Below, piece after piece: positions 38,430-48,585 of a stretch of DNA of 64,000 bases. The stretch is taken from IMG/VR virus record IMGVR_UViG_3300027712_000027; one strand, 5' to 3'. Both the position numbers and the translations under genes were made by a program. Source of the DNA: an uncultured virus (IMG/VR IMGVR_UViG_3300027712_000027) (Duplodnaviria > Heunggongvirae > Uroviricota > Caudoviricetes). A model generated the notes under the pieces. The model was not told where the DNA came from. It searched no databases and saw nothing but the letters and a program-made list of their open reading frames with translations. Position 1 is the first letter of the stretch; every line of letters starts with the position of its first letter.

Positions 38430-38696
38430 TTACTTACCGAAGTAAGCACCAGTACCGACACCAACACCGGCACCGATAGCAGCAGAGGTACCGACTGTGG
38501 TAGCAAAGGTAGCAGTACCAAGAGCGGAAGCGAGACCACTACCAGCACCGGCAAGACCACCAACACCACCACCAACGAGAGTACCGACGCCAGCACCCTG
38601 AAGAGCAGTACCGACAACGGGAAGTTCTGGCTTAACAACAGTGCCAGCGCCAAAGAGAGTAGTAGCAACAACGGCTACGATAAGAAGAGGTGCCAT
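38430..38696 (-). CDS. Glycine-zipper membrane protein, late-expressed
   Basis: Hydrophobic GxxxG repeats; TAAATA at 38774-38779; followed by a terminator. Confidence 0.65.
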   Translation of the reverse strand: MAPLLIVAVVATTLFGAGTVVKPELPVVGTALQGAGVGTLVGGGVGGLAGAGSGLASALGTATFATTVGTSAAIGAGVGVGTGAYFGK

Positions 38697-38784
38697 AATA
38701 TTTCCTTTCATGACATAATGTGGTTAGATGAAGAAGCCCATGCAATAACCACCAACTGCAGGGCAAGCAAATTTATTTAGCTAG

Positions 38785-40024
38785 TTATGCGACCATTTCT
38801 TGAATAACTTTCTCAAGGTAGGTATTGGCCACAGTAATGGCCATTGAAGGTTCTAGCTGAGTTTTGGTAATAAAAGAATCAATAACAATCCATTCATCAT
38901 GGTGTCGTTGATAGAGAACATCAAACTTATTTGACTTATCCCAGATAATTTTAAGATCAAGCCACTTGTCGTAACCAACAGTCTGCATTAGTTGTCCTCC
39001 ATTACATGATCTATTATACTATACTACGAAATTAAGTCAAGTTAAATCACACCATCATATGCATAATAAGTATCTACCATTTTACGAAGATCGTCTTCTA
39101 GTTCGGCGTAATACTCTGGATCCATAATACCAAGAACGACAGCCTCATAGTCTTCCTTTTCAAGGAAACGTTTGAGGTACATCTGATAGTCCATGGCATC
39201 ATCGATTTCCTCGAGAATAGCCTCGTGTTCGTCGAATAGTTCTCTGGCCACTGCCTGAAGATCTTCGACAAGCTCTTTAACTTCATCGGGTGTCTTATCA
39301 ACACCCGATTTGCTCTTAAAGGGTATTACGTTACTCACCAAATACTCCTCTATAATGATCTAAAGTTTTTTGCATGTTTGCAATTTTAGCTTCTTTATCG
39401 GCGATAGTCTGCTTCATTTCCATAATACCACCAGGACCAGATTCAAGCATCTTCACTCTTTGCTTAAGAGCGAGCCACTTGTCGTAGTACATATCTAGCT
39501 CGTTTTCGTATTCTATATCCATCACTTATTCTCCAATGGAGGTAGTCCGGCTTCTTCCATCAACTGTTTGTATATTTTTTTTACTCTAACTGGATTCATT
39601 CCACCACCAGATTTTTCCATCAAGCAACTAACAAACATATGCTCGCTTATTTGATATATATCGCAATATGTCAACATATGTCCGACATGTCTATATTCAG
39701 CATGCAATGGACAAATTGTTCTGGGAATTCGGTCCATTACTCAACCTCGATACAGTGCCAAACATATGAGCCGCTAACAATAGTTTTATGAACAGTTCCG
39801 ATGTACTTACCATCATACTCCATCCCAGTACCAACAAACGTTAGAGTATGCCACTCGACCTGAGCATCAGCTTCCTCTGTATTAGGAAGAATTGCCCATC
39901 CAGGATCTACTTCTGTCCAAACGAATAGATCCCCGTTCTGCATACCGACATGAACTGGTCTTCCCATTACCTTCATTCTCTGTGCACCAAAGAATGGACC
40001 ATGTTTCCATATAGCCTTCATCAA
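38785..40024 (-). other. Run of five small hypothetical CDSs (38785-38988, 39042-39341, 39331-39525, 39522-39737, 39737-40024)
   Basis: Abutting or overlapping start/stop codons; early promoters at 39013-39040 and 40057-40085. Confidence 0.6.
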
Positions 40025-40324
40025 TTATCTCCTAACGTTTCATAGTCAACAGTACTATTATACTGGGTAACGAACAATAAGTCAACACCAAAGTAGTGTT
40101 TGTCAACATATATCTGAACCTCTCGCACTGATTTTTGGTCGGCGGAAAAATTTTTGAAACACGTTGATGAAAAAATTTGGGAAATTTGAATTCGGAATTG
40201 AGATTGTGCGATTCCGTGCGACTTTGTGCTGACCTTCTACTGCTGTGTGCTGGATCGCTTGAGTCAAGGCCAACGGGTCCCCCGGCCAAGATTCATGGAT
40301 TCTCTACAGGTCACCTTTTCAGAC

Positions 40325-40361
40325 AAAAACCCACCCCCAGCAAAAACATGAGGGTGGGTAT
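40325..40361 (-). terminator. Intrinsic terminator
   Basis: ACCCACCCTC...GGGGGTGGGT-TTTT on the minus strand. Confidence 0.7.
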
Positions 40362-40368
40362 AAAACAT

Positions 40369-40473
40369 TTACCTCAGTAGTATAAGAGCTCCGACACCGA
40401 CGAGTATACCGAGAATAACCTCGATTAATATCCAAACCAGAGCTATACTACCGACAACTTTGAAGAGCTGCAT
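40369..40473 (-). CDS. 34-aa single-pass membrane peptide
   Basis: MQLFKVVGSIALVWILIEVILGILVGVGALILLR; GAGGT ribosome-binding site. Confidence 0.6.
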   Translation of the reverse strand: MQLFKVVGSIALVWILIEVILGILVGVGALILLR

Positions 40474-40476
40474 CGT

Positions 40477-40516
40477 ATTACCTCGAATTACCTCGAATTA
40501 CCTCGAATTACCTCGA
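40477..40516. repeat. 10-bp tandem repeat x4
   Basis: attacctcga x4. Confidence 0.95.
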
Positions 40517-40642
40517 GAGCGAGTATGTGCAGGTATCGCGAGAATGCTTCTCCATGCACTTAGCCATTGCCGCACGATTGTCGAACATATACGCAGAGAA
40601 TGCGACGACGAGCGACAGAACGACGAGAAAACGAACGTACAT
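40508..40642 (-). CDS. 44-aa membrane-anchored peptide
   Basis: MYVRFLVVLSLVVAFSAYMFDNRAAMAKCMEKHSRDTCTYSLSR; AGGAG ribosome-binding site. Confidence 0.6.
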   Translation of the reverse strand: MYVRFLVVLSLVVAFSAYMFDNRAAMAKCMEKHSRDTCTYSLSR

Positions 40643-40689
40643 GAGATACTCCTGTGTTTGTGTGTTATTGATGCTGTATACTATATCCG

Positions 40690-40738
40690 TTGGTCAACAG
40701 TTGGTGGTCACTATTCTTGGTCAACAGTTGGTGGTCAC
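40690..40738. repeat. 22-bp direct repeat x2
   Basis: ttggtcaacagttggtggtcac at 40690 and 40717. Confidence 0.9.
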
Positions 40739-41072
40739 AGTAGGCGACACGATGCGTGTATGGTCCAGTTGACCGAATGGACATTCAGTAGGTCCATATC
40801 TGATTGGTACATCTTGTAAATAGCCTTCGTCTCCTTAAGAGAATCGAAGTAGTACTTACCAGTGGAGCCGTCACGATATACAACAACGACGAGATACTTA
40901 CCCATTAGAGCACCATCATATAAGAGAGAGAAGGGCCATCAGTCGAATTAACCGAGTAGCAGACGAAGCCGACCTCGCCCCACATCTCGCGTATGTCGGC
41001 GAACGAGGAGAGGTAGTCACCAGAGAGATCCACGAAGTAAGTCATAACAACCTCCATTCCAACCATAGACCC

Positions 41073-41197
41073 AGTATAGCCCAGATCCTGTCGAAAGTCA
41101 ACACTAATCGACGATACGAACGTAGCTATCTCAGAAACAAAATAGGGCAACCATCGCAGATCGCCCTATTGACTTTTTCATCTATCAGAGGTATACT
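41073..41197. promoter_or_regulatory. Divergent promoter pair with central palindromic sites (cassette 1)
   Basis: Minus promoter 41073-41101; GATAC-GAAC-GTAGC at 41113; half-site GAAAC at 41134; plus promoter TTGACT-17-TATACT at 41169-41197. Confidence 0.7.
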
Positions 41198-41822
41198 AGA
41201 GAATTACCGCCAATTCCGACTTAGTCAGGAACCGAGGAGTTTCATTCAATGCTTCGTCGTTACCAGCGTTATACTCGTCGACCATTTTCTTGGCGAGAGC
41301 AGCATCGAAATCAACAATACCCGGACCTTCCGGACGAGCGACATTCGTATAAGTCTTACGCTTCGAAGTAACTTCCTTCATACGAGCGAGATTAGCTGCC
41401 TTGATACGCTCGACTTCAACCGGATCCTTGGCGACTGCCTTTTCGGCAGCGAGAGCATCCAGCATCGACTTATTACGCTTGGCCGTGAAAGCCTTATTAG
41501 TCGCAGTGATAACAGTCGAGAGTTTGACCGTTTTGGCCTTGGCAGCCGCATATTCGCGACCTTCACGTTTCGCAGCTTCGACGAGCTTGTCGCGTTTAGG
41601 AGCCTTCGGCTTTGCAACAGTAACAGCCTTCGGGCCTTTACCGAGGATTACACCGGAAGCGACGCCCTTATTAACGCACCAGCGATACGCACCACGAGCG
41701 ACAGTCTCAGTAACCGAATTGGCCTTAGCGATAAGCTTGACGACCTCGTCCATAGGCTTCTCGGCATTGGCGTTCATCACAGAGATCGTGATCGCAGTCT
41801 TTGTCATCTTTACCATTTTCAT
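41196..41822 (-). CDS. Lys/Ala-rich early protein, possibly DNA-binding
   Basis: 208 aa, basic, helical N-terminal domain; GAGGAG ribosome-binding site; promoter at 41844-41872. Confidence 0.7.
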   Translation of the reverse strand: MKMVKMTKTAITISVMNANAEKPMDEVVKLIAKANSVTETVARGAYRWCVNKGVASGVILGKGPKAVTVAKPKAPKRDKLVEAAKREGREYAAAKAKTVKLSTVITATNKAFTAKRNKSMLDALAAEKAVAKDPVEVERIKAANLARMKEVTSKRKTYTNVARPEGPGIVDFDAALAKKMVDEYNAGNDEALNETPRFLTKSELAVIL

Positions 41823-41891
41823 CTCCTCATCAACTTAGAACCAATCATACCCCGGATCCTGTCGAAAGTCAACAGGAGATTTGTATCAAAA

Positions 41892-42104
41892 TTAGAAACC
41901 TACATCATCAAACGAGTAACGATAGTCCATACCATCTTCATCGATTACCGTTACGTTCGTTCCGTCAAGAACTACCGTATAGCCGTCAACCGGAAAGGAG
42001 ATCAGAGCATCGTCGCTCGCGCCTTCAAAGGCATCAAGATCCTTATCAATCCGAGTAAACCCACCACGAGCGATGAGCGAGAGAGCGAAGGAAACATTCA
42101 TCAT
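41892..42104 (-). CDS. Small acidic early protein
   Basis: 70 aa; GGAG ribosome-binding site; promoter at 42150-42178. Confidence 0.6.
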   Translation of the reverse strand: MMNVSFALSLIARGGFTRIDKDLDAFEGASDDALISFPVDGYTVVLDGTNVTVIDEDGMDYRYSFDDVGF

Positions 42105-42222
42105 TTTTCTCCGTATCAGCGGGGCGATTCCCCTTCAACCTATAGACCCAGTATAGCCCGTTTCTCGAGGAAAGTCAAGGGGAAAATTGTATCCCCTTGA
42201 GATACAAACGTAACCGAAACAG

Positions 42223-42513
42223 TTACAGGGTTTCACCGCAAATTTCAAATTCACCGCCGAGAGCACTTTCAACGGGGAGATAATATACAGTAGAACCTTC
42301 AACAATATAGAAGTCACCATCATCACCCATAATAAAGCGACGATCATCATAAGTAATCACCGAGTTAAAATATTCAAGAACGAAGTCTAGATCATCAGGA
42401 TCAGAGTTAAACCGAGTAACAATAGCAGTATCAGCTTCAGAAAGATCATGGCGATCGCCATGCCGGCAGGCGGCGAGCGCGAGGGTTTCAGCGACGGTAT
42501 TAAGCATTTTCAT
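42223..42513 (-). CDS. Small acidic early protein
   Basis: 96 aa; GGAG ribosome-binding site; promoter at 42539-42567. Confidence 0.6.
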   Translation of the reverse strand: MKMLNTVAETLALAACRHGDRHDLSEADTAIVTRFNSDPDDLDFVLEYFNSVITYDDRRFIMGDDGDFYIVEGSTVYYLPVESALGGEFEICGETL

Positions 42514-42538
42514 TTTCTCCGTTTCAACCTAGAAGACC

Positions 42539-42884
42539 AGTATAGCCCGTTTCTCGGGGAAAGTCAAGGGGAAAATTGTTTCGTTATGCGATACGAACGT
42601 AACCAAAATGGTTACCTTTGTAAGGCATTTTAGGGCTTGTTTTTTGCTGCTACTGAGGTATACTAAGGATGATTCGGTCGGGGCGATAGCCCGTTTCGTG
42701 CCTTGAAGTAAATTCCATGCCCTGCTGCGCTCATGAGATATATGTGCTGAAATCAAAACGATTCCCTAATTCTACCGCGAATCCGTGCGAAAGTCAAGCC
42801 ATATAATGCGATACGTTTGTATCGATTACCGTTACGTTCGTTTCGTCGAATATAGCTTGACTTTCTGCCCTGTTGAGGTATACT
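42539..42884. promoter_or_regulatory. Two tandem divergent-promoter cassettes with phased palindromes (cassettes 2 and 3)
   Basis: Minus promoters 42539-67 and 42769-97; sites at 42569/42590/42611 and 42810/42831; plus promoters 42637-64 and 42857-84. Confidence 0.7.
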
Positions 42885-43153
42885 TATAATTCAGCCTTAA
42901 ATCTGAGGCTCCGCCCGATCAGCGCGACACAGCACGAGACGTGCGGCACCGACTGAAATGTGCGACGAGCACTATCTCGTGCGATGGCACAAATCGAGCG
43001 ACACGACCCACGACGAGCGACACCTCTCGACACAAATCCATAACGATCAAACCACGCTCACATTTAATTATTAAGGATTTAAATCGATTATAAAAATTAA
43101 TCATTACCACACATATTAACACGATTTACCAATCGCCGAAGGTTTTCCTACGC

Positions 43154-46100
43154 CTACGTTTTCCCATCGCCGAATGGCTCCAACTCCTCTAACTCCTCCT
43201 TGGTAGCGCCAGTCCTAATAAACTCCAGCGCCATTCTACTCAGATCAGGGAATACTTCCTCAATGGTAAACTCACCACGCCTCCACATAAGATATCGACG
43301 CTCAAAGTCAATATCCTCATACTGTGGTATTCTTAGTGTTCTTACCTTACCAGTATATAATGATGTTTTGGTTATATGTGCCATGTGTTAGTTATTTTCG
43401 TTGGTCACTAATGTTGGTCCGGCTTATTGGTAACGGAGTTGGTCGGAAAGCTGGTCTCTCTGTATACATCAAAGAAGAATTCCCCAATGAAGTATACTAG
43501 CCAAAGAATAGCAACAGCCATTATAATGTGAATGGTGAGTACGATATCGATCATACATTAAACTCCACTTTAACATTAACAGTATCCAGAGGAGGATGTA
43601 AATTATATCCCCTCAGAGGATCATTAGTATGAACTACCATAACGCCATTAGGATAGAGACTAATCCAGATATCCTTCTTAATCTTAGTTTTGGCTGGGAC
43701 TAGATCATACGAGGTATCACCTCTCCAATTGTTACGCCATGCAATACAAACACCATCAACCAAATTCCACTTACAAGATTGCCAATCGTCATCAGTATGG
43801 TAATACCCATAAACGATATTACCATCAATATGAGACAACTTAACCTCAGCGTCGGTGTTACCGACAATTGTATACTTCTTATTAAGATCAATCACAGCCC
43901 ATGTCCTTCTTCACAGTCGATCTCAACCTTGATGCAAGCGATGCGGGTTTTTGCAGCTTGCCGGTCCGCCTCTTCTTTTGTCGTAGGGTGACCTTCGCCC
44001 TTGTAGATGTTGAGCCACACCGTCCGCTTAATACGTGGCTTCACTTCGATAAGGTCTGCGAATTCTTTATTCCCTCTGAGCGAATAACCATTTATATCCC
44101 ATGTTGCCAAAAACCACCCAGGTAAAACCTTATCAAGGATTGCACCATGAATTGGGTAGATACCACCACCATCAGTCGAATAGATACGGACCTGTCGCCC
44201 ATCACGGGTACGATATGTCTTATTAATATCAATCATTGAAAAAGTCTTTCCAAGCCAAGCGACAAACGACAACTGCAGCAACCCAAGCCATTACCACAAA
44301 TGGGGCCATGATAAGCAAACTGATATATTCAATCATTAATTTTCTCCATAATATGTCTAAGCTCTAGAGCGGCAACCCTATCATATTTCTCTTCGGTAGT
44401 ATGACCGTCCCACTCGCCTTCATATCGTGGCAAATGCGTAAACATCCATGCCTCACTGTCATGATAATGCCATGACGCCTGACCAGTCGGTAGATCAATA
44501 TATACGCAGCCGTGCCACTCTTTATCCCATTCAGGAATATCTGTCTTCTTAATACCCGAAGGATATAAACTCGCAATGAAAGCTACCAAACGATTACGCT
44601 CAGTATATGCCGAGTTTGTTTGTTCCTGTAAAAGCTCTATCTTACTTGCCGCTGCGATAAGATGAATAGCACAGTTATCTGACTGTGGACACATTTCGTC
44701 AGTCATTGACAGGCTCCTTAGCGAAAGCTGCGAGGATCTTGTCTTTAAACCAGCCGGGCAGACCGAGCGTAGTTTCACACTGCCTGACCACCGCGACAAC
44801 AGCCGCGAGCCTTTGATCGCGGTCGTGCGCGATCTCCGCCCGCAGCCGCTCAATCTCGTCGGCGGCTTCCTCCATAACAACAGTGTCATGTTCATAATCT
44901 GCACCTTCGCGCAGCTTTTCCACAATATCAGTCATGCCACTCTCCAATACATATCATCCTCAGTTTCGATAGATTCATACCCATCATACTCCTCAATACG
45001 ATATCGGGTGCCAGCCTCTAACTCTACGATTTGAAGATTAGAAAAGCCAGTATCAGCCTCGGCACCGAGCTCTTCAACTACCTGAACAAGAATAGGATCT
45101 GTGCGGTCAAGATCACCAGTATACCAGTATTCCGGACCCTTTTCGCCCTTCAATTCCCAATATCGATTGATGGCCTTTTCAGAAAGTCCGAAACCACCAT
45201 AGCATGAATTATATACGATCTTAGTCATCATTCAACTCCAAAACGTGCCTTAATCTCATTACGAGCATTCCAAATAGCAGAACTCTGTGGTGGCATTGAC
45301 ATGAGCGAATTAGTATTCATCAACTCATTCAGCATAATATCTAGACACTCTTGAAGAACTAGCTCGGTATATGCCATTAGCTCATCGTTGATTGGCTCTG
45401 ACACATCACCATATATCTCACCACTTTCAATATTAAATCCTGCCTTATCCGCAAGATTGATATACAACTTATTCATTGCAAATTCCTCTCCGAATTTTCG
45501 AGCCAATAAACATAAAATTGGCAATCAATAGGAAAAGCAATACCACACCCACCGCATGCTCAATCTCGGTCATTCTAATACTGTTAAGGTATGAGACATA
45601 TTGAACAAAAAAGAATATAATGCCAAAGGCAGTGGCCCCGATAATGAAATCAAATAGTCCAGTAATAAATGAATTAAACATCTGCAGTTTCCTTTTCAAG
45701 ATATCGAAGCGCCAGAAACCCACTAACCGACGCTCGACACGCCCGAGTATAATCGCCGCTAGTATCGTAGGCAGTAAGGCAGAAGCCACCAGTCGAGAAA
45801 GAGTTTGACGCATAACAATATGCATTGGCCATCTCAATCATAAACTCACGGAGATCTTCCCAGGTAGCATGACGCTCACGGGCAGATTCATTCATGATAT
45901 ATACCGCACGGGCAGTATTCTCAAAGTCATATTCATCGATCTTCATCATATCACAGATCCTTGATAATATCGTTGATTCCGTTATCAATCTCGATTTGCT
46001 CGTCAAGAGCGTCATTGAAACCTATCTCCCATGCAACGAACAGAATGGGAGATATAATGTTATTGTATGGATTACCGGGATACTTATCATGGCGAAAATC

Positions 46101-46522
46101 ACCAAACTCCATGGCCGTTCGCCCCATGAAGTAGGCGTCACGCTCTTCCCTATTCATACAGCTTCGCCACGAGTTTGGAAAGTATGAAGGTGTTCTCTGA
46201 CACGACTATCTTCATCGAAATAGAAAACCCAATCGCCTACCTCGGTGCGATAATCCTTATCGACATATTCGAAACCACCGTAATACTGAAGTGAATTATC
46301 GCGATGCTTAGGAACAGCAATGCAGTCATTGCTGATATAAAGAGCGCCACAACGACGATCAAGACCGAGCTCCTCGGCCTTCACTACTGTCATAATATCA
46401 GTGAAATTTTGAACCATGTTGTTTATCGACTGGATCATATCCATTGCCGAAGCGAAAACTGTATCATTCATATCAGCGACCTCTCCAACCATAAACATAT
46501 TATACTCCTCTTTTGATATCAA
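43154..46522 (-). other. Cluster of small early hypothetical CDSs (e.g. 43154-43384, paralogues 43551-43895 and 43892-~44236, 44699-44947, 44932-45231, 45674-~45946, 45951-46157, 46154-~46442)
   Basis: Coupled ORFs; MID(L/I)NK.Y paralogue pair; YGGFGLS...EYDG.E family at 44932-45231; promoter at 46499-46527. Confidence 0.6.
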
Positions 46523-46530
46523 GTCAACAC

Positions 46531-46905
46531 TTATCTGGCGGCGATTTCCTTGACGTGGCTACACGTACGACGGTACGAGAAACCAGTGCAGTTACAGGAA
46601 AGCTTATCTCCGGCGTCTCGTGTCACTACGTAGCTTGACTTGGCGCCTTGAACGATATATGATTGTGGGTTGAACGCTTTTGGCGTAGCGTCGACGCCTA
46701 ACTCATACCCGTCGACGATCCTATCTTTATCGATAACACGGAAAGGAAATTGCGGATTACCCGTGGTAAGACAGAACTGATCGTCCTTAACCCAGCTTGG
46801 GCGTGGGTATACGTCCCCAGTGAACGTGAGGAATTCCGGAATAGGATAAGCGTAGAAAGAACGACGCTCATACATAGAATTTCTAACACGAACCTGGAGA
46901 CGCAT
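46531..46905 (-). CDS. SWIM-type zinc-finger protein
   Basis: C-terminal CNCTGFSYRRTCSH; GGAGG ribosome-binding site; promoter at 46931-46959. Confidence 0.75.
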   Translation of the reverse strand: MRLQVRVRNSMYERRSFYAYPIPEFLTFTGDVYPRPSWVKDDQFCLTTGNPQFPFRVIDKDRIVDGYELGVDATPKAFNPQSYIVQGAKSSYVVTRDAGDKLSCNCTGFSYRRTCSHVKEIAAR

Positions 46906-47035
46906 ATTATTACCTCCCAACCATAAACGAATTATACCACACCACATACAGGAAGTCAAGTACTAAATACAAATGCCTATCGCGGGACGGCAATCCCCAT
47001 AGGCTCTAGATGAAACAACAGAAAGGATCCAGCTA

Positions 47036-47413
47036 ATGGATATTTATGACCCAATCGCCGAAGCTCTCGGTATTAATCCGACGCCTCATCTCGTTAATAA
47101 TGAATTTGTTTTTAAAATTGCTACTAACTGGAACCGTATTCCATGGAATATCGGCAAAACGTATACTCTCGGAAAAGCTCCTCCGGAAAGAGGATTAGCT
47201 ATCTCTAAAGCTAAAAAGGGAAAGCCGATCAATATGCGTGGCGAAAAACATCCCAATTCTAAACCATTATACTGTGTAAATACTGGAGAACATTTTGCAA
47301 GTGGTGGTGATGTGATAAGAAAATATCCCAATATACTGAGACAAAATTTATCACATCACCTTAAAGGTAAACAAAAAACTGTCGGTGGATTAGTGTTTAC
47401 CTACAGCAGGTAA
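47036..47413 (+). CDS. NUMOD3/NUMOD1-type DNA-binding protein (homing-endonuclease-like, no obvious nuclease domain)
   Basis: PWNIGK, ISKAKKGKP and GEKHPNSKP motifs, then CVNTGEHF...LKGKQKTVGG.VF; late promoter TAAATA at 46964. Confidence 0.7.
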   Translation: MDIYDPIAEALGINPTPHLVNNEFVFKIATNWNRIPWNIGKTYTLGKAPPERGLAISKAKKGKPINMRGEKHPNSKPLYCVNTGEHFASGGDVIRKYPNILRQNLSHHLKGKQKTVGGLVFTYSR

Positions 47414-48254
47414 CCTTAGCAAGACGTTCCCAATTAGCATTGTTTTTACGAAGAGCGCCGAGTTTCAAAGCCATACGAAGCGAAAGCTCGCGGAGTTTCT
47501 CATGGTTTTTCTCAATGAAAGCAATAACATCTTTGCGCTCAGAAACCGTAAGATTATCTAGCAGACCTTGCTTTATGACTTGGCGAATACGGATAAGATA
47601 GTCACGCTTGGATTTGAGGGACAAATCAATATAATGGCTACGCGAAACCAGAGCCGTAAGATGCGGAGCAAGCTTATGGCCACGGTCAATCATGGCGTCC
47701 ATATCCATATTCGTGATAAAGATAATGGTGCCATCAAAGTCAAACGAACGGGGAATAAGAATAGCAGTTTCCTCGTCAACCAGCTTACCTTCGGAAAGCC
47801 AAGAAACACGACGACGCTCGGTAGTATCGCAAACTGCCTTAAGGAGATTGAGCGAGACATCGTCAAAGAAAATGCTATCGGCATCGTCGAAAACAATAAC
47901 CTGGCCAGCTTCACGATACTGATACAGAAGCTTGACGAGGCCAGTCGCACGAACGTAGCCTTTCACGATAGTATGATTAATCTCGTTCGGATCCCACTCA
48001 TTAAGACGCTTTTCGATCGTATAAGACTTGCCGAGACCAGCCGGACCAGAAACGATAAGAGCGCGAGCATTACCGACCGTACAAGCTTCGGCAAGCACAT
48101 CAAGAATTTCGAAACGCTCGCCAAGCCGAGCTTCAATCTCGGCGTCAGTTTCATTAGAGACCGGAGCGGCGTAAGACACCTTAACAGCGGAAAGCTTCTC
48201 AGCCGCCGAACGACGAGGAGCACGGAAACCATTGGAAGGGACACCACGAGGCAT
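47397..48254 (-). CDS. P-loop (AAA+-like) ATPase
   Basis: Walker A GPAGLGKS; Walker B VIVFDD; IIFITN. Confidence 0.85.
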   Translation of the reverse strand: MPRGVPSNGFRAPRRSAAEKLSAVKVSYAAPVSNETDAEIEARLGERFEILDVLAEACTVGNARALIVSGPAGLGKSYTIEKRLNEWDPNEINHTIVKGYVRATGLVKLLYQYREAGQVIVFDDADSIFFDDVSLNLLKAVCDTTERRRVSWLSEGKLVDEETAILIPRSFDFDGTIIFITNMDMDAMIDRGHKLAPHLTALVSRSHYIDLSLKSKRDYLIRIRQVIKQGLLDNLTVSERKDVIAFIEKNHEKLRELSLRMALKLGALRKNNANWERLAKVTCCR

Positions 48255-48320
48255 ATTTTATCTCCTATTGAATTGTACAGATAGTATACCGTAGTTTTTG
48301 ATAGAAGTCAACAGCTCATT

Positions 48321-48485
48321 TCACCAATCGATGGTGAACCCATCGGATGCCGGATACTGGAAACGAAGGTAGTGAGCTTCGTCCATCATCGCCGTTCCGC
48401 TCATTCCCGTATACTCAACGGTCTTAACGAGGACGCCGTTTTTGGAAACGGTAAGAGTGTAAGAGCCCCAGACATAGTCAGACAT
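48321..48485 (-). CDS. 54-aa early protein (absent from the ORF track)
   Basis: MSDYVWGSYTLTVSKNGVLVKTVEY...; AAGGA ribosome-binding site; promoter at 48515-48543. Confidence 0.55.
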   Translation of the reverse strand: MSDYVWGSYTLTVSKNGVLVKTVEYTGMSGTAMMDEAHYLRFQYPASDGFTIDW

Positions 48486-48585
48486 TTCATTTCCTTTCAA
48501 CCAACCATAGACATATTCTACCCCATCACAGGGTAGAAGTCAAGCCTAATCGGCGATACGATTGTTTCGAAATGAGTTACGTTCG

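Noticed and set aside
41169..42200. 343-aa plus-strand ORF
   Set aside because: Antisense shadow of real minus-strand genes; its TTG start is the -35 box of a promoter, there is no RBS, and the composition is atypical
47568..48284. 238-aa plus-strand ORF
   Set aside because: Shadow of the P-loop ATPase; no RBS or recognisable motifs
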